Shown: positions 18,141-27,604 of the stretch, one piece after another | Layout: every line of letters begins with the position of its first letter | Numbering within the stretch: the first letter of the stretch is position 1 | Sequence record: SRR20825019_389 | Reading direction: 5' to 3' (one strand) | Length of the DNA: 55,371 bases | Notes under the pieces: model-generated | What the model was told of the DNA's origin: nothing | What the model saw: only the letters and a program-made list of their open reading frames with translations | Databases searched by the model: none | Translations under genes and position numbers: made by a program

Positions 18141-19151
18141 ATGATTTTAGTAACTGGCGGAACAGGTATGGTGGGATCCCATCTTTTGTATTTTCTAATG
18201 AAGGAAAATACAAAAGTGCGTGCTATACACAGAAAGAGTAGTGATGTAGAGTCTGTTAAAAAAGTATTTGCCCATTACACTTCAGAAGTAGACACACTTT
18301 TCAATAAAATTGAGTGGGTGGAAGCAAATATTACAGACATTCCTGCACTTACCGAGGCTTTTAAAGATATTACACAAGTATATCATTGCGCTGCATTTAT
18401 CAATTTTGACCCTTCAAAATACGAGATTCTTAAAAAAGCAAATGTAGAAGGAACGGCGAATATTGTAAATTTATGCCTTGCAAATAAGGTTGAAAAAATC
18501 TGTTATGTAAGTTCAGTCGCGACTTTTGGAGTTACTCTAGACGACCAGCTTATTACTGAAAAAACACCTTGGAATCCAGACGAAAAAAATAGTGTGTATG
18601 GCATCACAAAATATGGAGCTGAAATGGAGGTTTGGCGTGGTACACAAGAAGGTTTGGAAGCAATAATAGTTAATCCTGGAGTTATTTTTGGAGTTTCTCC
18701 AACTAGTGGCGGAAGTGGTGCTTTAATTTCAGTTGGCGCAGCTGGCATCCCTTTTTATCCTTCAGGAGCAATGGGCGTTATAGACGTGAAAGACGTAGTA
18801 AAAGCCATGCTTATCTTGATGAACTCAGCTATAAAAAACGAACAGTTTATATTGGTAGCAGAGAACATTTCATATAAAAAATTCTTTACCATTTTAGCGC
18901 CTTTATTTGGGAAAAAAATTCCTTCAAAAAAACTTCCAAAAAAATTAATGTTCTTTTTAAGTACTATAGATGGGTTATTACACAAGCTTTTTGGAATGAG
19001 AAGGAAATTGCCAAAAGCAACCGTACGGTCTATGTTTACAACATCACTTTACGATGCTTCTAAAATAAAAAATGAAATTGGTTTTCAATTCACACCAATT
19101 CAAGAAACTTTAGAACGTGTAGTGAAAGAAAGCAAAAAAGCATCAAATTAA
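18141..19151 (+). CDS. NAD-dependent epimerase/dehydratase (extended SDR)
   Basis: TGGTGMVG, YGITK (YxxxK). Confidence 0.88.
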   Translation: MILVTGGTGMVGSHLLYFLMKENTKVRAIHRKSSDVESVKKVFAHYTSEVDTLFNKIEWVEANITDIPALTEAFKDITQVYHCAAFINFDPSKYEILKKANVEGTANIVNLCLANKVEKICYVSSVATFGVTLDDQLITEKTPWNPDEKNSVYGITKYGAEMEVWRGTQEGLEAIIVNPGVIFGVSPTSGGSGALISVGAAGIPFYPSGAMGVIDVKDVVKAMLILMNSAIKNEQFILVAENISYKKFFTILAPLFGKKIPSKKLPKKLMFFLSTIDGLLHKLFGMRRKLPKATVRSMFTTSLYDASKIKNEIGFQFTPIQETLERVVKESKKASN

Positions 19152-19574
19152 ACTATCGCTTTTAATTTCAGCAAACTCCTTTCCTTTTAGCAGTGTAGCA
19201 TCTATACTATCTTTTGTAGTTTCTTTTAAATCTTGAATGCTGTCCATTCTTTTTTGCATTGTTGTAAGTCTAACTTCAATTTTTTGAAGAATATCCATAT
19301 AGGTATTTACATCAGAAGCATAAAAAGCGTTGCTTTTAGCAAATTGTAAACTATCTACACCAAAATTTTTATAAATCAATGAATCCATTTTCACTCCTTT
19401 TGAAATAATTGACCTATTATCTACACTACGAGCAGCATTTGCCAAATAAGCTTCAGTAAGGATATCAACCATTTTATCAGTGCTTATAAGGTTTTCAGGC
19501 TTCTCAGGCTGCATAACATCTTGGCAACCTATTACACCTAAGGCAAGTATTAAAAGAATAGTAAATTGTTTCAT
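19143..19574 (-). CDS. DUF4296-family lipoprotein
   Basis: Lipobox VIGC; KPENLIS...KMVDIL...GVDSLQFAKSNAFY. Confidence 0.8.
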   Translation of the reverse strand: MKQFTILLILALGVIGCQDVMQPEKPENLISTDKMVDILTEAYLANAARSVDNRSIISKGVKMDSLIYKNFGVDSLQFAKSNAFYASDVNTYMDILQKIEVRLTTMQKRMDSIQDLKETTKDSIDATLLKGKEFAEIKSDSLI

Positions 19575-20914
19575 TATCTGTTAAAAGTAAGTCTTTCTGG
19601 ATTGCTTTTATTTGGAAATTTAGCGTTTTCATAAACCAAAATTCCATTTACAAAAGTATGTGTAACCCGCGATTTAAAGATTGTACCCTCAAAAGGCGAC
19701 CACTCACATTTGTATAAAATATTTTCTTTTTTAACAGTCCAAGGTGCGTTTATATCTACCAAAACCAAATCTGCTTTGTATCCTTTTCGAATATAGCCAC
19801 GTTCTTTTATTTGAAACAGAATAGCGGGATTATGTGCCGTTTTTTCGACAATTTTTTCCAAAGAAATTTTTCCTTTGTGATACATTTCCAGCAAAGCTAC
19901 TAGCGCATGTTGCACCAATGGGCCACCAGAAGGCGCATTTAAATAGGTGTTATTTTTTTCTTCTAACGTATGTGGCGCATGGTCTGTAGCAATAACATCT
20001 ATACGATCATCAAGCAATGCTTTTAGCAAACCATCTTTGTCTTTCTGAGTTTTTACAGCTGGATTCCATTTAATTTTAGTGCCTTTTGTTTTGTAATCCT
20101 CATCGGTAAACCATAAGTGATGAATACAAACCTCAGCGGTAATTTTCTTTTCAGAAAGTGGTTTTTTATTGTCAAAAAGATGTGTTTCTTTTTCTGTAGA
20201 AACATGAAAAACATGAAGACGCGCCCCCGTTTTTTTTGCAAGTTTTATAGCGTTTGAAGAAGAAATATAACAAGCTTCCTCGCTACGTATTTTTGGGTGT
20301 AGTGCAATCGGGATATCTTCACCGTATTCCGCTTTATATTTTTCTAAATTTTGCTTTATTGTTGTTTCATCTTCACAATGTGCAGAAATAAGCAGCTTTG
20401 TTTTGCTGAAAATTTCTTCTAAAGTTTTGGGGTTGTCAACCAACATATTTCCTGTTGAAGAACCTAAAAATAATTTCAATCCAGCAACTTTTTGTGGATT
20501 TACTTTTAAAATTTCATCCAAATTATCGTTTGTTCCACCAAACATAAAAGAATAATTAGCCCAAGAAGTTTTGGAGGCAATATCAAATTTTTCTTCTAGC
20601 AACTCAATAGTAGTGGCTTGAGGAACCGTATTTGGCATTTCAATAAATGTGGTAATTCCACCTGCCACAGCAGCTTTAGATTCTGTTTCAATGGTTGCTT
20701 TATGCGTTAATCCTGGCTCACGAAAATGCACCTGATCATCAATCATCCCAGGCAACAAATAATATCCGTCTGCATCTATCACCTTTGTTTCAGCAGATTT
20801 CATGCTGATGGTTTCAGAAATTTCAGCAATGCGCCCATTTTGAATTAGAACATCACCTTTTATGATTTTCCCTTCATTTACAATATTTGCATTCTTAATT
20901 AAAACTACTTTCAT
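19574..20914 (-). CDS. pyrC: Dihydroorotase
   Basis: DDQVHFREPG, EMPNT, KWNP, ATDHAPH. Confidence 0.9.
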   Translation of the reverse strand: MKVVLIKNANIVNEGKIIKGDVLIQNGRIAEISETISMKSAETKVIDADGYYLLPGMIDDQVHFREPGLTHKATIETESKAAVAGGITTFIEMPNTVPQATTIELLEEKFDIASKTSWANYSFMFGGTNDNLDEILKVNPQKVAGLKLFLGSSTGNMLVDNPKTLEEIFSKTKLLISAHCEDETTIKQNLEKYKAEYGEDIPIALHPKIRSEEACYISSSNAIKLAKKTGARLHVFHVSTEKETHLFDNKKPLSEKKITAEVCIHHLWFTDEDYKTKGTKIKWNPAVKTQKDKDGLLKALLDDRIDVIATDHAPHTLEEKNNTYLNAPSGGPLVQHALVALLEMYHKGKISLEKIVEKTAHNPAILFQIKERGYIRKGYKADLVLVDINAPWTVKKENILYKCEWSPFEGTIFKSRVTHTFVNGILVYENAKFPNKSNPERLTFNR

Positions 20915-21644
20915 TGAATTTTTTTCTGTTAAATGCACTTTTAAACTTCATTGCTATCACTCCAAAAATAGCTTCAGAAATAATCCCTGAACTCATTTTA
21001 GACTCTCCTTTTGTTCGGTCTGTAAATATTACAGGCACTTCTTTTATTTTAAATTTACTGATATGCGCCTTAAATTTCATTTCAATCTGAAACGCATAGC
21101 CCACAAAACGAATGTTATCGAGGTTTATTTTCTGTAAAACATTTCTTTTATAGCAAATAAAGCCCGCCGTGGTATCATATACATTCATTCCCATTACAAA
21201 TCGCACGTATTTTGAAGCCAACCAAGACAGCAAAACCCTACTCATAGGCCAGTTTACAACGTTTACCCCTGTTACATATCGCGATCCAATTGCTAGGTCA
21301 TTTCCATCTTTTTGGCACGCATTGTATAAGCGAATAAGGTCGTTTGGATTGTGAGAAAAATCTGCATCCATCTCAAATATATACTCATAATTATTCTCCA
21401 GAGCCCATTTGAAACCCGCAATATAAGCCGAACCGAGTCCGCTTTTTTGTGGTCGGTTAATTAAAAAAAGCTTGTTTTCGTATTTTTCAAAATTCGCCGT
21501 TACCACATTTGCAGTGCCGTCTGGGGAATTATCATCAACAACCAAAACATGAAACTCACGTTGCAGTGAAAAAATGGTACGGAGCAAGCGCTCTATGTTT
21601 TCAATTTCATTGTAGGTTGGCACCACCACTACCGCCTTAGACAT
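20895..21644 (-). CDS. Polyprenol monophosphomannose synthase (GT2, DPM1-like)
   Basis: PTYNE, VDDNSPDGT, EMDADFSH. Confidence 0.9.
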   Translation of the reverse strand: MSKAVVVVPTYNEIENIERLLRTIFSLQREFHVLVVDDNSPDGTANVVTANFEKYENKLFLINRPQKSGLGSAYIAGFKWALENNYEYIFEMDADFSHNPNDLIRLYNACQKDGNDLAIGSRYVTGVNVVNWPMSRVLLSWLASKYVRFVMGMNVYDTTAGFICYKRNVLQKINLDNIRFVGYAFQIEMKFKAHISKFKIKEVPVIFTDRTKGESKMSSGIISEAIFGVIAMKFKSAFNRKKFNESSFN

Positions 21645-21758
21645 ACTGCAAGTTTAAGGCAAATGTACCTTTTTTTGAATAAATAAATGTGAAGGAAAAT
21701 CTAATTGATACCATGAAAAGGAAATTAATTTTGCTTTACCTTTACAAAAAAAATAAAA

Positions 21759-22412
21759 GTGGATTTCAGTGAAAGACTTATCGATTCAAACGATTGGGCT
21801 ACTTTTTTATTAGGAGGCTGCTTTGTTCTTTTTGCACTTTCAAAATATTTCTACCCGAAACGATTTCATGAATTTTCGTTATTGCCAATAACCAATCAAT
21901 ATTTTTTTGTTCATGGAAAAAATGATGAGTTAAACCATCCATTCAATATGCTGCTTTTTGTTGCACAAATAATTAGTGTTTCAATTTTTGTGTTTTTGCT
22001 TTTTGAAGTTTTTAACCCTTCCGAAGTAAAACAAAATGAGTGGTTATTCATCCAAATTTGTACTGCATATACTGCCTTCATTTTAATTAAATATTCATTA
22101 GAAAAAATCGTTGGGAATATTTTTTCTTTAGATGAAATTATCAACCAATACCTCTATCAAAAATTAAGTTATCGCAATTTTCTAGGAATATTATTCTTTA
22201 TAAGCAACCTATTTTTTCTTTATATAATTACTCCAACAGCCACAACTTTACTCGTTTTTTCTTGTTGTATTGTGCTTTTAAACGCTATTGCATTGCTTTA
22301 CAGCTATAAAAAAAGCGGAAATTTGATATTGCGCAATTTCTTCTATTTTATTTTGTATCTTTGCGCACTTGAAATTTCACCTTATATTATCCTCTACAAA
22401 ACGTTTGTTTAA
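21759..22412 (+). CDS. DUF4271-family membrane protein
   Basis: Hydrophobic; C-terminal FYFILYLCALEISP; upstream of hemD; GTG start. Confidence 0.8.
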   Translation: MDFSERLIDSNDWATFLLGGCFVLFALSKYFYPKRFHEFSLLPITNQYFFVHGKNDELNHPFNMLLFVAQIISVSIFVFLLFEVFNPSEVKQNEWLFIQICTAYTAFILIKYSLEKIVGNIFSLDEIINQYLYQKLSYRNFLGILFFISNLFFLYIITPTATTLLVFSCCIVLLNAIALLYSYKKSGNLILRNFFYFILYLCALEISPYIILYKTFV

Positions 22413-22442
22413 GAAGGATATATTTAAAAAATCAGGACATCT

Positions 22443-23192
22443 ATGAAAGTGAAAACTATTTTGGTTTCCCAGCCCGAGCCTAAAATTGAAAATTCTCCTT
22501 ATTTTGATCTTATTGAAAAACAAAAAGTCAAAATAGACTTCCGCCCTTTTATTCATGTTGAGGGCGTTTCTGGCAAAGATGTTCGTTCCCAAAAAGTTGA
22601 TCTTTCAAAGTATACAGCTATAATCCTTACTAGCCGAAATTCTGTAGATCATTATTTTCGAATTGCTGAAGAGCTTCGTTTTAAAGTGCCTGACACTATG
22701 AAATATTTTTGTTTAAGTGAAGCCGTTGCTTACTATTTGCAGAAATATGTGGTTTATAGAAAAAGAAAAATTTATGTTGGGAAAAGAACATTTCCTGAAC
22801 TAGCGCCATTGATAAAGAAATATAAAAACGAAAAGTTTTTACTTCCTACATCAGATAAACTTAAGCCTGAAGTACCTCTTGTTCTTAACGAACTTAAAGT
22901 AGATTGGAAAGAAGCCACTTTTTACAAAACCGTAATTAGTGATCTTTCTAGCCTTCGTGATGTTTATTATGATATATTGGTGTTTTTCAGCCCTAGCGGA
23001 ATTGAATCGCTATTTGAAAACTTCCCAGATTTTAAACAAAACGACACACGCATTGCTGTTTTTGGAAACACCACAGTTAAAGCAGCCAACGAGCAAGGCT
23101 TACGTGTAGACATACAAGCACCAACCCCTGAAACACCATCGATGACGATGGCTTTAGAGAAATACATCAAAGAAGTTAATCATAAAAAATAA
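22443..23192 (+). CDS. hemD: Uroporphyrinogen-III synthase
   Basis: ILVSQP, ILTSRNSV, VFFSPSGI. Confidence 0.85.
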   Translation: MKVKTILVSQPEPKIENSPYFDLIEKQKVKIDFRPFIHVEGVSGKDVRSQKVDLSKYTAIILTSRNSVDHYFRIAEELRFKVPDTMKYFCLSEAVAYYLQKYVVYRKRKIYVGKRTFPELAPLIKKYKNEKFLLPTSDKLKPEVPLVLNELKVDWKEATFYKTVISDLSSLRDVYYDILVFFSPSGIESLFENFPDFKQNDTRIAVFGNTTVKAANEQGLRVDIQAPTPETPSMTMALEKYIKEVNHKK

Positions 23193-23209
23193 ACTTCATT
23201 AATTGCAAT

Positions 23210-23245
23210 AAAAAAAAGGCTTGCCGTATTTGGCAAGCCTTTTTT
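23210..23245. terminator. Bidirectional intrinsic terminator
   Basis: A-tract GGCTTGCC / GGCAAGCC T-tract between convergent hemD and pckA. Confidence 0.9.
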
Positions 23246-23266
23246 GTATGTTACATTTTTAAAATC

Positions 23267-24868
23267 TTATTCTGAAGCCGGTGCTCCTGAAAGAATTTCT
23301 TCATTTGCATATGCTTCAAACTTAGCAAAATTCTCTTTAAAAGAGTTTGCCAATTCTTTTGCTTGAATGTCATACGCTTTTTGATTCTTCCAAGTATCTT
23401 TCGGGTTTAAAACTTCCGTTGGCACACCTGGACACTCTTTTGGCATCATTAGATTGAAAATTGGGTGTTTTTCAAACGCTACATCTTTCAATTTACCTTC
23501 AAGTGCAGCTCCAATCATTTCGCGGGTAAACTTTAACTTCATTCTACTTCCCACACCGTATGGACCACCAGTCCATCCCGTATTTATTAACCAAACATTT
23601 ACGCCAGCATCTTTCATTTTTTTGCTTAGCATTTCAGCATATTTGGTTGGATGAAGTGGCATAAATGGTGCACCAAAACACGCTGAAAAACTTGGTGTTG
23701 GCTCATTAATTCCTTCTTCAGTACCAGCAACTTTTGCTGTATACCCACTAATAAAATGATATGCAGCCTGCCCTGGGGTTAATTTTGAAATAGGAGGCAA
23801 AACACCAAAGGCATCAGCAGTTAAAAAGAAAATATTCTTCGGGTTCTGACCAATTGATGGTTCTTGTATGTTGTTTATATGATAAATTGGGTAGCTTACA
23901 CGCGTATTTTGCGTAATTGAAGTATTCGCAAAATCAACCGCTCCTTTATCATCCATTATTACATTTTCCAATATTGCACCTGGCTTTATTGCATTGTAAA
24001 TATCCGGTTCATGTTCTTCGGTAAGGTTTATCACTTTTGCATAACACCCTCCTTCAAAATTAAAGATAGTGTTATCTGGAGTCCAACCATGCTCATCGTC
24101 GCCAATAAGTTTACGTTCTGGATCTGCAGAAAGAGTTGTTTTACCTGTTCCTGAAAGTCCGAAGAAAATAGCTGTTTCGCCATTTTCGCCAACATTTGCA
24201 GAACAGTGCATTGGCAAGGTGTTTTTATCTACTGGCATAATGAAATTTAGAGCAGAAAAAATTCCTTTCTTAATTTCACCGGTATATCCAGTACCCCCAA
24301 TTAAAGCAATCTTTTTTGTAAAATTTAAAATTGCAAAATTGTGTTGACGAGTTCCATCTTTTTCAGGATCTGCCATAAAGCCTGGCGCGTTTATTACTAG
24401 CCAGTCTGGTGCAAAGTTTTCTAACTCGCTCTCTGTTGGCCTCAAAAACATATTGTGGGCAAAGAGATTAGACCACGGTGTTTCAGTGATTACACGGATA
24501 TTAAGTTTGTAGTTTTTATCTGCACAAGCATAGCTGTCGCGTACATAAATTTCTTTTTCAGAAAGATAAGCTACAACTTTATCATAAAGCGCAGTAAACA
24601 TATCTGGTGGAAAAGGAATGTTTATATTTCCCCACCACACTTTATCGCGCGTAATATCGTCTTTTACAATAAACCTGTCTTTTGGTGACCTTCCAGTAAA
24701 TTCTCCTGTGTTTATAGCTAAAGCTCCGTTGTTTGCTTCTTCACCTTGCCCTTTATCTAGGGTTTCGCGGTGAAGCTCTTCTGAAGAAAGTTGATATTTA
24801 ACTTTTGCATTTTTAATTCCGTATTTGTCAACCGAAATCGTTTTCATAGCTTGGTTTTTATCGACCAT
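23267..24868 (-). CDS. pckA: Phosphoenolpyruvate carboxykinase (ATP)
   Basis: GRSPKD, GLSGTGKTTLS, IGDDEHGW, EGGCYAK. Confidence 0.97.
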   Translation of the reverse strand: MVDKNQAMKTISVDKYGIKNAKVKYQLSSEELHRETLDKGQGEEANNGALAINTGEFTGRSPKDRFIVKDDITRDKVWWGNINIPFPPDMFTALYDKVVAYLSEKEIYVRDSYACADKNYKLNIRVITETPWSNLFAHNMFLRPTESELENFAPDWLVINAPGFMADPEKDGTRQHNFAILNFTKKIALIGGTGYTGEIKKGIFSALNFIMPVDKNTLPMHCSANVGENGETAIFFGLSGTGKTTLSADPERKLIGDDEHGWTPDNTIFNFEGGCYAKVINLTEEHEPDIYNAIKPGAILENVIMDDKGAVDFANTSITQNTRVSYPIYHINNIQEPSIGQNPKNIFFLTADAFGVLPPISKLTPGQAAYHFISGYTAKVAGTEEGINEPTPSFSACFGAPFMPLHPTKYAEMLSKKMKDAGVNVWLINTGWTGGPYGVGSRMKLKFTREMIGAALEGKLKDVAFEKHPIFNLMMPKECPGVPTEVLNPKDTWKNQKAYDIQAKELANSFKENFAKFEAYANEEILSGAPASE

Positions 24869-24937
24869 ACATAATTTAATTTTGTAGAGTACAAAAGTAG
24901 GAAATCTTAAAGAAATTGAGGAAAATATAAAAATATT

Positions 24938-25336
24938 TTACTGCTTCTTTGATTTTAGCAGTGAATACGCGAGCCAAAGCCACCCAATAATAAATAACAA
25001 TCCCCCAATTGGGGTAATAAATCCAATTTTTGCAGCATTAAAAGGCAAAATACTATTCAATGCAAGAAGATAAATAGAACCTGAGAAAAAAAGGATTCCA
25101 AGTAGAAAAAGCCAAAAAACAGTTTTCTTAATTTTTACAGAAATACTTGGTGCAATTCCAAGTGCAAAAATAGCGAGACAATGATAAACTTGATACCGTA
25201 TCCCGGTTTCAAAAGTATTGAGTGCTGCTGCATCTACTATATTCTTTAAACCATGTGCACCAAATGCGCCAGTAGCAATAGTAATAGCCATAAGAAAAGA
25301 AGCTGTTACTAGCATATTTTTATCAAAAACAGTCAT
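24938..25336 (-). CDS. DUF423 (YgdD/TMEM256) membrane protein
   Basis: GAFGAHGL, FSGSIY, ITPIGG. Confidence 0.9.
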   Translation of the reverse strand: MTVFDKNMLVTASFLMAITIATGAFGAHGLKNIVDAAALNTFETGIRYQVYHCLAIFALGIAPSISVKIKKTVFWLFLLGILFFSGSIYLLALNSILPFNAAKIGFITPIGGLLFIIGWLWLAYSLLKSKKQ

Positions 25337-25401
25337 TTTTAATATTTGGAATTAGTAATTTCGTTGTTTACTCCAATCCTCAAAGTTAACAAAAATCTTC
25401 A

Positions 25402-26769
25402 ATGAGAAACATATTAATTATAGGCGCAGGTCGTTCAGCTACAAGTTTAATTCGGTATTTATTAGACAAAAGTGAATCTGAAGAACTCTTCATCACCATC
25501 GGTGATATTTCGATACAAGCAGCGCAAAAATTTACACAAGAACATCCCAATGCACGTGGCATTATGCTTGATGTTTTTAACGATATTCAACGAAAAAAAG
25601 CGGTAGAAAATAGTGATTTGGTAATTTCGATGCTTCCAGCGCGCTACCATATTGATGTAGCAAAAGACTGTATTGAATTTGGTAAACACATGGTTACAGC
25701 TTCCTATGTAAGTGAACAAATGCAAGCTTTAAACCACAAAGCACAATCTAAAGGCTTGGTTTTTATGAATGAAATTGGCCTTGACCCTGGTATTGACCAT
25801 ATGAGTGCCATGCAAGTTATTGATAGAATTCGTGCCAAAGGTGGCAAAATGCTTCTTTTTGAATCTTTTTGCGGCGGTTTAATTGCTCCCGAAAGTGATA
25901 ACAATCTGTGGAATTATAAATTTACATGGAATCCTCGGAACGTTGTTTTAGCTGGTCAAGGTGGCGCTGCAGAATTTATTCAAGAAGGAAAATACAAATA
26001 CATACCATACCACCGTCTTTTTAGAAGAACTGAGTTTATAAATATTGAAGGCTACGGAAAGTTTGAAGTATATGCCAACCGAAATTCGCTAAAATATCAA
26101 TCCATTTATGGGCTTGAAAATATTTTAACTTTATATCGCGGAACCATTCGTCGTGTAGGTTTTAGCCGTGCTTGGAATATGTTTGTGCAACTTGGAATGA
26201 CTGATGATAGCTATACAATTCCAAGTTCTGAAGATATGAGCTATCGAGAATATGTAAATCTTTTTCTTCCATATTCCCCTTCAGATACTGTAGAATTAAA
26301 ACTTCGCCACGCTTTAAAGATAGACCAAGACGACCTTATGTGGGAAAAACTGGAAGAATTGGATCTTTTCACAAATGATAAAAAACTAGGAATAAAAGAC
26401 GCCACGCCAGCAATGGGACTTCAAAAAATACTAGAAGACAAATGGACACTCGCTCCAAAAGACAAAGATATGATAGTAATGTATCATAAATTTGGATACG
26501 AAATTGACGGGAAACAACACCAAATTGACAGCCATATGGCGTTAATTGGTGAAGACCAAACTCATACTGCAATGGCCAAAACAGTTGGATTGCCTGTTGC
26601 AATTGCGGCTATAAAAATTCTTAATGAAGAAATAACAACACCTGGAGTACAACTGCCAATGACCAAAGAAGTTTACGAACCTATCTTAAAAGAATTGGAA
26701 GAACACGGAATAATTTTTCACGAGGAAGAAGTAAAATACGCAGGTTATAACCCCGAAAGTGTTTACTAA
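25402..26769 (+). CDS. Saccharopine dehydrogenase family protein
   Basis: GAGRS, EIGLDPGIDHM, SFCGGL, YKFTWNP, AMAKTVG. Confidence 0.9.
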   Translation: MRNILIIGAGRSATSLIRYLLDKSESEELFITIGDISIQAAQKFTQEHPNARGIMLDVFNDIQRKKAVENSDLVISMLPARYHIDVAKDCIEFGKHMVTASYVSEQMQALNHKAQSKGLVFMNEIGLDPGIDHMSAMQVIDRIRAKGGKMLLFESFCGGLIAPESDNNLWNYKFTWNPRNVVLAGQGGAAEFIQEGKYKYIPYHRLFRRTEFINIEGYGKFEVYANRNSLKYQSIYGLENILTLYRGTIRRVGFSRAWNMFVQLGMTDDSYTIPSSEDMSYREYVNLFLPYSPSDTVELKLRHALKIDQDDLMWEKLEELDLFTNDKKLGIKDATPAMGLQKILEDKWTLAPKDKDMIVMYHKFGYEIDGKQHQIDSHMALIGEDQTHTAMAKTVGLPVAIAAIKILNEEITTPGVQLPMTKEVYEPILKELEEHGIIFHEEEVKYAGYNPESVY

Positions 26770-26773
26770 GTTT

Positions 26774-26794
26774 ATGAGTAATGAGTAATGAGTA
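26774..26794. repeat. Perfect heptamer tandem repeat (ATGAGTA)x3
   Basis: Read directly after the saccharopine dehydrogenase stop. Confidence 0.8.
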
Positions 26795-26806
26795 AAAATT
26801 AGTTAT

Positions 26807-26842
26807 AAAAAAATAAGCCCGCATGATGCGGGCTTATTTTTT
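26807..26842. terminator. Bidirectional intrinsic terminator
   Basis: AAAAAATAAGCCCGCA / TGCGGGCTTATTTTTT. Confidence 0.9.
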
Positions 26843-26860
26843 ATTACAGTCAGAAATTCT

Positions 26861-27550
26861 TTATCTTCTTCCTAGAAAAATAGAGATAAAATAAAGCAAT
26901 GTTGCTAAAGATCCTAATGCAGCCACAACATACGTTCTTGCTGCCCATTTTAAAGCATCTTTTGCCCCTGCGTGTTCCTGTGGCGTAACCATATTACTAC
27001 TTTCTAACCACACCAAAGCACGTTTACTTGCATCAAATTCTACTGGAAGTGTTATAAAAGTGAAAGCTGTTGTTACAGCAAATAACAAAATACCTATTCC
27101 AAAAACCCAAGTTCCAAATTCAGTTCCCATTGCGAAAAGCACAAGCCCAGCCATTATCACAAAATTGGATAATTTACTAGAAACACTTACCGCAGGAACA
27201 ATTGTAGAACGTAATTTTAACCAGCTATACGCAGTTGCATGTTGTATTGCATGCCCACATTCATGAGCAGCAACCGCAGCTGCCGCAGCATTACGCTGCA
27301 TATACACCGGCTCACTTAAGTTTACCGTTTTCTTTGTAGGGTCGTAATGATCCGTTAATTGACCAGCAACTGAAATAACCTGAACATCAGTTATACCATT
27401 ATCGGCAAGCATTTTTTCGGCAATTTCTTTACCACTCATTCCATTTTGAAGGTGGATTTTGCTGTACTCTTTAAATTTACTTTTAAGCTTGTTGCTTACA
27501 TACCAACTTACCAAAAAGATTAATCCTGCAATTATATAATATCCAATCAT
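26861..27550 (-). CDS. Membrane zinc metallopeptidase (YugP / Zn_peptidase_2)
   Basis: LTDHYDP, AAHECGHAIQH, LPVEFDAS, AARTYV. Confidence 0.9.
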   Translation of the reverse strand: MIGYYIIAGLIFLVSWYVSNKLKSKFKEYSKIHLQNGMSGKEIAEKMLADNGITDVQVISVAGQLTDHYDPTKKTVNLSEPVYMQRNAAAAAVAAHECGHAIQHATAYSWLKLRSTIVPAVSVSSKLSNFVIMAGLVLFAMGTEFGTWVFGIGILLFAVTTAFTFITLPVEFDASKRALVWLESSNMVTPQEHAGAKDALKWAARTYVVAALGSLATLLYFISIFLGRR

Positions 27551-27604
27551 TGTTTTTGTTTTTTAAATTCCTACTTCAAATTTAAGCAAAAAGCGTGCAA
27601 TTTT

